DNA of 64,000 bases, taken from assembly GCF_018977255.1 (NCBI RefSeq), contig NW_024704743.1, positions 113,772,001 to 113,836,000 on the forward strand. Direction: 5' to 3'. Both the position numbers and the translations under genes were made by a program. The notes under the pieces are model-generated. The model saw nothing but the letters and a program-made list of their open reading frames with translations, was not told the origin of the DNA and searched no databases. Positions within the stretch are counted from its first letter, which is position 1; each line of letters starts with the position of its first letter. The stretch is from Callorhinchus milii. Taxonomy: Eukaryota. Positions 52,971 to 64,000 of the stretch are shown here, piece after piece.

Positions 52971-53184
52971 GTGAGTAGGCTACGGTGAGCTATCTGCAAG
53001 TCATTAGTAATTAAAAACATCACTGCTGTATTTCTATCTTTGTATGCATGATTGGTAGTGTGAAACTACTACCTTGTTTAAGCTCGAGGTATCCACTCCA
53101 CTGTTTTGTATACTGTAGCCTTTTCAACATTTCTCATGTATTCCCATTGTTATTCATCTTCACTAGTCAGCACTATCCACATTA

Positions 53185-53562
53185 GTGTAGTCCTGTAGCT
53201 CAGTGGTTAGCGGACTCGCCTCGCAAGCAAGAGACCGGGTTTGATTCCTGGCAGGGCGAAATGTTGGGCAAGTTTCCTTACTCCACACGCATCTGTTTAA
53301 CTAGCAGTAAGTAAGAACCTGGTTGTTAGTCGATTGGCAAATCGCTTTTCCGGGGATAAAATTCCTTCAAAAAAATAAAATAATAAATTGGCCAGTTCAA
53401 TCCACGACTGTTTGTGGGACACTACTGTGCGCAATTGGCTACCACGTTTCGTCCAAAAAATATACAGTCAATTCACTTTACAGTATATTGTGTGAAGCTC
53501 TTTGAGACATCTCAAAGATGTGATAAGGCGCTACATCAAATGTAAGGACTGTAATTATTATT
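53185..53562 (+). mobile_element. tRNA-derived SINE, long variant, LACTB2 intron 2
   Basis: Same family as 1128-1500. Confidence 0.9.
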
Positions 53563-53907
53563 AAATGATGTGTGTCACTTGCAAGAATAACTTCCTCATC
53601 TAACCAGATCCGTCAGTATTTAGTCTGTTTCCTGTTGTTTGACTTGATGCCATCAGTCACTTCTCCTCGCCCATTAAATGTTTTATTAACTCAACATCAC
53701 TCACTAACAAACTAATACATTTGAACAATTAAGAATTGTTTGTGATCATTATTAGTTTACTTGATAGACTATTGCTTTTATATAGTACGTTATGTGCATA
53801 TTCCAAAAATCTAATGAATTGTAAATTTCATGTGCCTAATTTTGGACATGCTGTTCAGATTTTTGAATCCAAAAATAAATATTGTTAAATAGGAAATGCT
53901 ATTGTGC

Positions 53908-54289
53908 GTCAGCCTGGCATAGTGATAGCACTCTCGCATCTGAGTCAGAAGGTTGTGGGTTCAAATCCCATGTCTAAAGTGATACTCCAATGCAGTGCTC
54001 GGGATATCAGAGGTGCAGTTCTTCAAATAAGAAGTTAAATCTGTTCAGGTAAATGTTAAAGATCCCATGGCATTATTCAAAAAGAGAAGGGAGTTTCACC
54101 CGGTGTCCTGGCCAATAATCCCCCAAATAAACTTCATGGCTGTTTGTGGGACATTGCTGTGCGCATATTCCACGTTTCAGCCACAAAATACATAGTCAAT
54201 CCCCTTCACATTATATCCTGTGAAGTACTTTGAGATATCTCAAATCCGGATAAAGCACTATATAAAATAGAAGGATTATTATTATTATT
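53908..54289 (+). mobile_element. Older DeuSINE-like SINE, LACTB2 intron 2
   Basis: tagcactctcgcatctgagtcagaaggttgtgggttcaaatccc...aaagatcccatggc...cggtgtcctggccaa. Confidence 0.78.
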
Positions 54290-54384
54290 CTGCATGAAGA
54301 GCACTATATAAATGCAAGTTGTTGCTTTATTAACAAAGTACACCTCAACCAAACTTTCATTATGTTTGACTATGATTGTAGTCC

Positions 54385-54901
54385 CTGCTCGCTGAACTTG
54401 CCCACTCTTCCCTCCACAAGCTGTAGATTATTCATATCCTTTCCTGTACTAAGATTCTTGAGCCAAGCAGCCCCATCCTGCTTCACTGGCTCCCCATTCC
54501 CCCAGAAAATTGAGTTCAAGGTCCTCACCTTTAAACCCCCCCTCCTATGGTTTTGCTCCTCCCCACATCTGCAACCTACTAAATATTTACCAATTGGTCC
54601 ATTCTCTTCACTTGTCAGGCACTGGCCTGCTTCATCTCCCCCACCCTGCTCGCTCCACCGTCGGAAGTCGGGCCTTCAGCCTTTCTACCCCCACTTTCTG
54701 GAATTGCATCCTGGAATCCTTCCACCTTGCCCCGTCCCTTGGTTCCTTCAAGGCCCGTCTCAAGACTTTCCTCTACAACTGCATCCTCGCACCTCCACCC
54801 CTTTTGACAACAGCCTCCAGCTAAGGTGATTACGCTTCACTGTCCAGCGCTTTGGGATGTGCTTCTGAAAGGCACTGTATAGATGCAATTTGTTGTTGTT
54901 G
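54385..54901 (+). mobile_element. L2 LINE 3' fragment abutting LACTB2 exon 3
   Basis: KIEFKVLTFK, GSRAFS...FWN; tail ctgtccagcgctttggg...gcaatttgttgttgttg. Confidence 0.85.
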
Positions 54902-54908
54902 TATTCAG

Positions 54909-55035
54909 GTACTAAAGTTCACATCAGCAAACTTTCACAGCAGCCACCTAAAGAAGAAACCATAGGAGAAGATGGCATACAATACACATATCTAAAAGAT
55001 GGAGATGTATTGGAAACCGAGGGAGCCACACTTAG
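54909..55035 (+). CDS. LACTB2: LACTB2 exon 3 (127 bp)
   Basis: tattcag|GT...AG|gtactt; GTKVHISKLSQQPPKEETIGEDGIQYTYLKDGDVLETEGATLR; phases fit both neighbours. Confidence 0.93.
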
Positions 55036-55559
55036 GTACTTTAAATAGCAAGCATTTCTCTGTTTATTAATAAGTCATGAAATCATTGAAAGCAAGAACC
55101 AATAGCTTGATACAATTTTAATAACGTGAAGTCATTGAAAACAATTTCATTGGCTGTTTCTTACATTGTGATATACAGGTGCAGTGTTATGCAGAAACCA
55201 TTCAAACTGAAGTTTAATGTGGGAAATGTGAAGCAATTTTTTCAAATAGTTGTTACTGAAAGCTCATGAAACTTTAAAACTGTTATTGGAAGTTTAGTGT
55301 TATCTGAACTATGTATATGAGTGCAATATTACTATATTATCCACTGTATATTACATAAAATGTGGCAGACGTGCTTTCAGCCGCTATGCCCCTAAACTCT
55401 GGAAAACCCTTCACATTGCCCATTTTCAGATTACACCTGAAGATCTTCCTCTTTGACTGTGCCCTTTCTCCCCAGCTCGGGGTCAAGATCCGCCATTGTT
55501 AAGCCCTCCAAGATGCTACCCAGTGTGAAGGGCACTGATTACATGTAAATTGTTGTTGG

Positions 55560-56560
55560 GAGTTCTGTTTTGCCAAGTGTTTGACACTCCAAACAGTGTT
55601 GATGAGAGATCAAACCAAGGTCCGATCTGCTTATTCAGATGCACTTTACAGATCCCGTGGCACAATCAAAAAGAGAAGGGAATTTCTCCTGGTGTCCTGG
55701 GAGAATAAAAACAGATAAAATTGGTTGTGCATTGCATAGCTGTTTGTGGGACATTGTTATCACAAATTGACTGCCACGTTTGCCTTCCAAAGCCAGTCAC
55801 TATACTTTACAGTAAATAATAATAATCCTTGCATTGATATAGTGCCATTCACTTTATTGAGGTGTCTCAAAGCACTTCACAGAATATATTGTAAAAGGTA
55901 TTGACTGTATTTTGTGGGTGAAACGTAGCAGCCAATTGAGCACAGTAGTGCCCCACTAACAGTCGTGGATTGAGTGACCAATTGTTTTTCAAATTTATGA
56001 GAGATTATTCCCCCAGAAAGCGATCTGCCAATCAACTAACAACTGGGTTTCTACTTACGATTAGATAAACAAACATAGGCAAGTAAGAAAACTCGTGTGG
56101 AGTCCTGTAGCTCAGTGGTTAGAGCACTTGCCTTGCAAGCGAGACACTTGGGTTCAATTCCAGGCAGGGCGAAACCTTGGGCAAGTTTCCTTACTCCACA
56201 CGCCTAATAATAATCCCAAAACAAAACAATAATAAATTGGTCATTTTCAATCCACGACTGTTTGTGGGACATTGCTGTGCGCGATTGGCTGCTGCATTTC
56301 GCCCACAAATATAGGGTCAATTCACTTTACAGTCTATTCTGTGAAGCGCTTTGAGACGTCGAGAAGACGTGAAAAGCGCTATATCAAATGCAAGGATTAT
56401 TATTATATAAGGTTTCACCCTGCCTGGGAATCAAACCCAGGGCCTCTTGTTTGCGAGGTGAGCGCGCTAACCACTACACTATGGGAATACTAAATCCTGT
56501 GAAGTGTTCTGAGAAGTTCTAACATGTAAGGTACTATTTGCAAGTTCAAGCATAATTATA
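55560..56560. mobile_element. Three nested SINEs in LACTB2 intron 3
   Basis: Old + SINE split by a - SINE (55815-56490), itself split by a + SINE (56097-56407). Confidence 0.85.
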
Positions 56561-56595
56561 ACTTGTATTAATTTCACTAACTTTTTTTGCTTTAG

Positions 56596-56774
56596 GGTTG
56601 TATACACACCTGGACACACCAGTGATCATATGTCATTAATACTAAAAGAGGAAAATGCGATATTTTCTGGAGACTGTATTCTAGGAGAAGGAACAACAGT
56701 CTTTGAAGATTTGAATGATTATATGCAGTCTCTGGAGAAGTTACTCACTTTAAAACCTGCTTTAATATATCCAG
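56596..56774 (+). CDS. LACTB2: LACTB2 exon 4 (179 bp)
   Basis: tttttttgctttag|G...G|gtaaat; [59 protein letters not shown] (TPGH and FSGD motifs). Confidence 0.97.
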
Positions 56775-57016
56775 GTAAATAGATCTTCTTAACAGTTTAT
56801 TTCTTCACTCAAGAATATGTTTTGTTTCATTATGAAAGGAAGTTAATGCTTTCAAATATTCAAATATTTTGGAAAGTTCCTTTGTTCAATATTTTTGAAA
56901 TAGAGCCAGTTAAATAAACCAATTAAGTATTAATTTCTTCTCGGCAGCACTTTGTTGGTACCTTCCAACTATTTCCTACAAGTTCCATATGATATATAGA
57001 CACTTATGAATATCAT

Positions 57017-57343
57017 GTGGAGTCCTGTAGCTCAGTGGTTAGAGCACTCGCTTTGCAAGCGAGAGGCCCGAGTTCAATTCCAGGCAGGTCAGGGCGAAAC
57101 CTTGGGCAAGTTTCCTTACTCCACACGCCTAATAATAATCCCTCCAAAACCAAAAAAAACAATAATAAATTGGTCATTTTCAATCTACGACTGTTTGTGG
57201 GACATTGCTGTGCGCAATTGGCTGCCGCGTTCGCCCACAAATATACAGTCAATTCACTTTACAGTGTGTTCTGTGAAGCACTTTGGGACGTCCTCCCGAC
57301 GTGAAAAGCGCTATATCAAATGCAAGGATTATTATTATTATTA
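57017..57343 (+). mobile_element. tRNA-derived SINE with target-site duplication
   Basis: ttatgaatatcatg at 57004-57017 and again at 57341-57354. Confidence 0.93.
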
Positions 57344-58154
57344 TGAATATCATGCTGAGAGGAGTTTCTGAAGCTTTCTCCAAAATTGTAGGTCCCAGTA
57401 TTGTTGGCCTTATTGCTACAATCCCAAATAACAGGAATTCTGTAAGTCTCCTTATTGGATGAGCCACAAAATTTGCCCTCTATTCTCGAAGATGGTTGAG
57501 TTATAGATTCTACAGCTCTAAACAATCTGCTGAATTCCTTGTTTTTATAAAGGCAAAAGAAGAAACAAAATTCATACAGGAATTTTGCTCATAATTCCAT
57601 AGCAGGACCATTGGATGCCTTGAAGCTGAAGCAGTAGCTTAAACCTTCCATTTGTATACTAGGAGCACTAGAACTGTTGCTGGTGCACCACAACATTTTT
57701 ACCACAGAATACCTGTAGAATTTCTTCCATACAATTTTGTTGCTCATAATTCTAACTTGTATGTAGACTTATATGTATGACTCACCTCCCTGCTCCACCT
57801 CAACAATTCTGTCCTTTCCTGGATTCATTCTAATCTATCCTTGCTTCTTTACTTTATTTGTTTAACCAGCTTCTGCCTCCAATCCCTACACAATGTTGTG
57901 GTGTCCTTCAGGGCTCTATCCTCAGTCTTCTTCTGTTCACCATGTATATGTTCTCCTTGGTGACTTGCAGTTAATTTGCTCCTCTCTAAACTTCATCATG
58001 GAATCCTCTGCCATTCCCCCTCCCTTCCACCATCCTGAACTCTTCCCCCCCCGCCCCCCCACCTGTTCAGGTTCCCAGTCAGCTCTATGAAGTGCTCTGA
58101 AATGTCCTCTCGATGTGAAAAGCACTATATAAATATAAAATTATTATTTCTGTT

Positions 58155-58675
58155 GTACAAGAAGGATATTGTAACAGTGGCAACAGTGCAGCGTAGATTT
58201 ACTAGGATGATGATAATCCTTGCATTTGATTTAGCACCTTATCACAACACCAAAATGTGTATTTTGGAAGGATACAACTATCAGAAAACATTGGACAGGT
58301 TAAGGCAGTTTTTCCTGGGACCTGACAGGTGTTTAAAATCATGAAGAGGGTAGATAAGGTGAACATAAAGACAGCTTTCAATTGTTAACTTAAGGAGGCA
58401 TGAATATAAGATAGCCATTATACTAACAGATCTAAGAGAGTTCAGAAGAAACTTATTTACACAGAGAGTGGTGAGAATGTGAACTCACTACCAGAAGCTG
58501 TAGTTGAAACACGAAGCATCAATCTATTTAAGAGAAAACTCAATGTACACCTGAGAGACAAGGGAGTAGAGGAGCATGGGGGAACTGTAGCAAAGGGGGT
58601 TTGGGATGTTTGGAAGGAGACTCATGGGCAGTAGAAATACCGGTATGGATGAGTTGGAATCAATAGCCTGATGTA
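58155..58675 (+). mobile_element. CR1-like LINE 3' fragment
   Basis: KKDI..VQRRFTRM; aacttatttacacagagagtggtgagaatgtgaactcactacc, typical of the CR1 ORF2 end. Confidence 0.7.
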
Positions 58676-58691
58676 GACATTAACTGTCCCT

Positions 58692-60345
58692 TCATGCCCT
58701 GGTACCTCCCTGTTTCTCCACGCCCCACTCCACCACCCGTCGCCGCTGGCTGGCTCTGTCCTCCTGATTGTTGTTGCTCAGGCCAGTTTTCCGCCATCTG
58801 CGCTCGAGCAGCCGAGTTTGGGTTTTTAGGCAGCGGAGATGGATGTACCAGGGGGATCGGGTGGGTTTGGAGATGGTCCTGGATTTCAGGGGGACGAGGG
58901 AGTTGAAGGTGGAGGAGAGGCGATCATGGAGCAGCTGGATGGCTGCTTCAGGATCTCTGTGGGTGGAAGGCCAGAGGGATAGGATATTTGATGATGTGAG
59001 GGCCTTTGTGAGGGGGTAGTCTTTTCCAAAGGCAGTAGAGAATGGTTGAGGGCTTGGTGGAGGTGAGACGGATGTGAGAGGAGAAGGAGATGAGGAAGTG
59101 GTCGGAAATGTCAAGGCCGTGGGTGATGACGAGGTCAAGGGTATGACCACGGTTGTGGGTAGGTGAACTTATGTGAAGGGTGAGGTTTAGGGAAAAGAGG
59201 AGTGCAGCGAAGTGGGCAGAAGTGGTGCAAGGGGAGTTTAGGTGGAGGTTGAAATCGCCTATTATGAGCAGGCATTCAGAGCAGAGGGACAGGGAAGAGA
59301 GGAGAGTAGAGATGTCTGTGTGGAAGGAGCCAGGGGACGGTAGACAAAAAGGATTTTCAGTGGAAGAGAGGGATGGAAGAGGGTGAGGTGCTCGAAGGAG
59401 GGGAAGCAGCCAGAGGAGTAGGGGGTAAGACCAAGGGAGGCTTTGGAAATGAAGGCCACCCTGCCGCCACGTTGGTTTGGACGGGGGGTGTGGTGGAAGG
59501 TGTATTCTGGAGGGGAGGCTTCAACTAGGGGGACGGGGTCATTGGGGGAGAGCCAGGTTTCAGTGAGCCCAATAATGTCAAGTTGCTCGTCCAGGATGAG
59601 GTTGTGGATGGTGAGGGCTTTGTTTGAGAGGGAATGGGCAAGTTTCCTTACTCCACGCACCTAATGATAATTCCTCGAAAACAAAACAATAATAAAAAAT
59701 TGGTCATTTTCAATCCACAACTGTTTGTGGGACACTGCTGTGCGCAATTGGCTGCCGCGTTTCGCCCACAAGTGTACGGTCAATTCACTTTACAGTCTAT
59801 TCTGTGAAGCGCTTTGAGATGTCGAGAAGACATGAAAAGCGCTATATCAAATGTAAGGATTATTATTTTGGAGGAAAATGCGGGTGGGTTTGCTGGAGGG
59901 AGGAGAGGGAGGAGAGAGTGATGCGGAGAGGATTTTTGGGTGTACAGGAGAGATGGCTGTGGAGAGTGGTGTGAGTGGAGAGTTGGGGAGGGTACATATG
60001 AGGGGGAAGTTGGGTTTGTCTTAAGGAGGCGGTTTGAGCGGAGGGAGTGAATGATGGAACACTTGGGTTTGCTGCTCTAGGACAGCCAGTGCCGGGAGCC
60101 ACGATGGACCCGACGGAGGATGCCCAGGTTGGAGCAGAGGGAAGTGGTGATGGGGTCAAGGACAGAGAGAATGGCGGGGAGGCCGGTGGAAGAGAAGGAC
60201 GGAGGGGGAGTACCAGATAGAGGGGGGTGGGAGAAGAGGAATTTAGAGTGGAGGAGGAGGCTGAAGCCGGGGAGGCAGCCAAAACGCGCACGCAGAGACT
60301 GCGAGCGAGCTATCAGTGGGACGGCATCAGCCCGCAGGCTGTGTG
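58692..60345 (-). mobile_element. 5' part of an L2-like LINE (APE endonuclease region), interrupted by a SINE, in LACTB2 intron 4
   Basis: SLSNKALTIHNLILDEQLDIIGLTETWL...HTPRPNQRGGRVAFI and a downstream SPWY..LR..K...R.LERRWRKT linker. Confidence 0.85.
59635..59866 (+). mobile_element. 5'-truncated SINE inserted in the L2 5' region
   Basis: tgggcaagtttccttactccac...ggattattatt interrupts the minus-strand LINE. Confidence 0.88.
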
Positions 60346-60677
60346 GTCATGGCTGGGATGGCAGTTCCAGGGGCACTCCCCATTTTCAGATCAGACCTGT
60401 AGGCTTTTTTCTTCGACTGTGTTTATTGTCACCTCCCCCCAACTCGGAGTCAGGCTCCGCCATTGTTATGCACTCCTAGAAATTATCCTGCATGAAAGGC
60501 TCTATAAAATGCAAGTTTTTATTGTCTTGAAACTTTACATAACAAGATGTGTCACAATTCATACTAGAATGGAGACAGTGACCAGGACTTAGGTGCATTG
60601 ACTTTCATAAATGCTCATTGTCATCTGAATTGGTTTGCTGCTTTGAAATTAATTTCTATGCCTAATTTGAATTCTAG

Positions 60678-60826
60678 GACATGGCCCAGTTATACAGGCT
60701 GCAGCTGATAAAATCAGAGCATACATAGCTCACAGAAATTCGAGAGAACAGCAAATTTTAAAGATTTTCGAGCAGCAATCAGGGAAGTTTTTGACCTCTG
60801 AAGACCTTGTTAAAATTATTTACAAG
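60678..60826 (+). CDS. LACTB2: LACTB2 exon 5 (149 bp)
   Basis: ttctag|GA...AAG|gtaaac; [50 protein letters not shown]. Confidence 0.96.
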
Positions 60827-60957
60827 GTAAACCTTATTTCTTATTTAAATGTGAACTACAAAATATCAAGTAATGTTGAAGCCAAAATCATACATAACTT
60901 ATGGCATAAAACCCTTTAGAGCAACTCCATGTACAGTATGTTTTTTGTTTCCAATAG

Positions 60958-61039
60958 GATACTCCTGAACATTTACATCAAGCAGCAGAGAATAACATTA
61001 ATCATCACTTGACAAAGCTAAGAAAAGAAGGAAAATTAA
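60958..61039 (+). CDS. LACTB2: LACTB2 exon 6 (82 bp)
   Basis: ttttgtttccaatag|GAT...A|gtgagt; DTPEHLHQAAENNINHHLTKLRKEGKL. Confidence 0.95.
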
Positions 61040-61467
61040 GTGAGTATTCTCAACCATGGAAAATGTGACATTAAAAAAAATTGAACCCAACTTTAACTCC
61101 TAAGTTCCTAGTTTGTGGGTTCACATATATAAATCATCAAACATATTTATAAAATTAATATTAGTAAGTTTTAGATTTATTTGTGGCCAGTGGCTGCAGA
61201 TGTAAAAATTTTGATTGCACATTCTCGCACTGAGTCAGGGAGCTTGTATAATCGTTTACCTGTGTTTCTGTACAAGTATAGAGTTACTAAATTTGCTGTT
61301 AACCACTTTAATGTTGACATGATTATAAAAGCTGTAACATTTTACAGCTGTAAAATGTGAATTAATAGAATAGAGAATCTTTGAATTAGTCTCACTGATA
61401 ATTATTAACAGAACAGTTTTGTTGTAAACATCATATTGGTGAAAATACCTGTCATTTTGTTTTGCAG

Positions 61468-61508
61468 TGAAAAATGATGTATCCCAAAGTTGGAAAAGTA
61501 TGCTGTAA
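61468..61508 (+). CDS. LACTB2: LACTB2 exon 7, last coding part (41 bp)
   Basis: ttttgttttgcag|TG; (M)KNDVSQSWKSML*; spliced total 864 nt = 287 aa plus stop; the terminal W-K resembles the end of vertebrate LACTB2. Confidence 0.88.
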
Positions 61509-61610
61509 ATCTCATCCACAAGCTCTTTTTAAATAGATGAGATGACTTCAATATATTTGATCCAGGCTGTGTCAATTTGATTTTTCAAGTGATCGTCTGA
61601 AAAACGATAA

Positions 61611-61616
61611 AATAAA
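61611..61616 (+). terminator. Candidate LACTB2 polyadenylation signal
   Basis: AATAAA about 100 nt after the stop codon; another at ~62052. Confidence 0.4.
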
Positions 61617-62619
61617 AAATTAAGTTGGATCTGTTAAGGATGTAAAATTAAAATTAAAAATTAAAATGGATCTGATAAGGATGTAAAGTCGTGAGATGTA
61701 CAAAGTATTATGTTTTTCTAATTACAAATATATCGACATGTTTGCAGAGTGAAGCAATGCTACAGAGACAGTTCTGGATTACAAAAGGGTAGTATGTACA
61801 GAGTTTCTAATTCATTACTAGCTAGTCTGAAAATGAAAGAAGTATAATTGAAACAATATTCTTAAGAGTCTTCAACTATATTTGTAATCTTTGTATTTGA
61901 TATATCACCTCATCACGTCTTCTCGACATCTCAAAGCGCTTCACAGAATATACTATAAATTGACTATTTTGTGAGTGGCAAAATTATTGAAACCATATTT
62001 AATGTAAAACAATAATCTTTCTAAATCACACAATTTCATGATAATGTATTGAATAAATTAGACACCATGACAAATTGAACATTGTGTGTATATTTTTTTC
62101 AGAATTTTAGAGTGGTCAGTAAAGTATACTGGAAAGTCTAATATGTACCCTATTTTAGACCAACCCCATTGTTGATATATAAAAACCTTGTGGGTAAATT
62201 ATGCAAAATGGCATGGACAGCACTGAATAAATGCCTCCTTCACAAGTACCTGACTGTGGGACTCCGCAGTATCAGCCCTTCTTGCTTTCATCCCACAAAA
62301 CACTGTCTGGCGCAACGCAGTGCCAGTTCTCTCTTCTGGTGTCAGCTGAGGCTCAGGTAGTATTGTTCTTCTCTGTTTGTCATACGTTTGTTGCCCCATC
62401 TCAGGTCACCATCCCAAATACCCAGGTTTATATAAATAATATCCCATTACGTTTATTTGGTTGTTCAGGGATAAGGGATACTTAAGCAATTTGACTCCAC
62501 CAAGAAAAATAAGTAGATTTTGAAGAAGTTAGAACAATGTCTGCCACAAGAGGGCAATATAATACTTGAAGATAATGTTGGATTGAGATAATTTTAGATT
62601 TAAAACTGCTAACATTTTA

Positions 62620-63640
<1,021 letters not shown>

Positions 63641-63926
63641 CCTGCCACCTGGAGCCACTGTGGCTTTGGGTTGACGTGTACAACTGACTTGTCTGGTGCT
63701 GTTTGGAGAGGGACAGCCACAGGGTTACCACCTCCTTTTGTTATACACCTCCTTACCCCCCCCCACCACCTTCTCTAATGTGTCTCTCAAATTTCCTTTT
63801 GAATTTGCAAGCAAACCCCATTTTTTTTTTGCTTTCAGACATGTGTGACTTTAGCCCTTCTCCTGCTGCCTCGACTTTTTATTGCAAGTGCAACTTTTTA
63901 AAAAAAAATGTATATACATTATATAT

Positions 63927-64000
63927 GTGGAGTCCTGTAGCTCAGTGGTTAGAGCACTCGCTTTGCAAGTGAGAGACCTGAGTTCAATTCCAGGCAGAGG
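63927..64000 (+). mobile_element. SINE head, cut by the window end, TRAM1 intron 1
   Basis: gtggagtcctgtagctcagtggttagagcactcg...gttcaattcc. Confidence 0.88.

Noticed and set aside
56097..56170. tRNA-Ala genes at the SINE heads
   Set aside because: A/B boxes and an anticodon arm are present, but the acceptor stem is incomplete and each copy continues into SINE body and tail.
57006..57371. Recurrent short ORFs ending KRYIKCKDYYY, as if a peptide family
   Set aside because: They are translations of SINE copies in varying frames.
61627..61687. 20-bp direct repeat ggatctg(t/a)taaggatgtaaa in the LACTB2 3' region (a similar local duplication lies at ~20598-20650)
   Set aside because: Two-copy local duplications with no further structure.

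Overview
Eukaryotic, vertebrate genomic DNA; the repeat families suggest a cartilaginous fish, possibly a chimaera (inference). Three spliced genes were reconstructed by hand with GT-AG junctions and consistent phases. XKR9 (minus strand, 3 coding exons, 46297->36043, 416 aa) has a C-terminal DEVD|G caspase site. LACTB2 (plus strand, 7 exons, 50588->61508, 287 aa) has the HxHxDH metallo-beta-lactamase motif. TRAM1 is represented only by its first coding exon (62948-63067). Order and orientation match the human TRAM1-LACTB2-XKR9 block. The first ~35 kb has no recognisable protein-coding gene and is filled with tRNA-derived SINEs, L2 and CR1 LINE fragments and some repeat-free candidate regulatory blocks. 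The most notable non-gene signals are a minimal hammerhead-ribozyme motif (two copies), a LINE tail forming the polypyrimidine tract of LACTB2 exon 3, a covarying 3' stem-loop shared by SINEs and LINEs, a three-level nested SINE insertion, a frame-preserving minisatellite in LACTB2 intron 1, an LF-SINE-like relic, two pre-miRNA-sized hairpins and an orphan 63-bp exon-like segment. I found no convincing new multi-gene system. Family names come from recalled consensus sequences, not database searches, and repeat boundaries are approximate.
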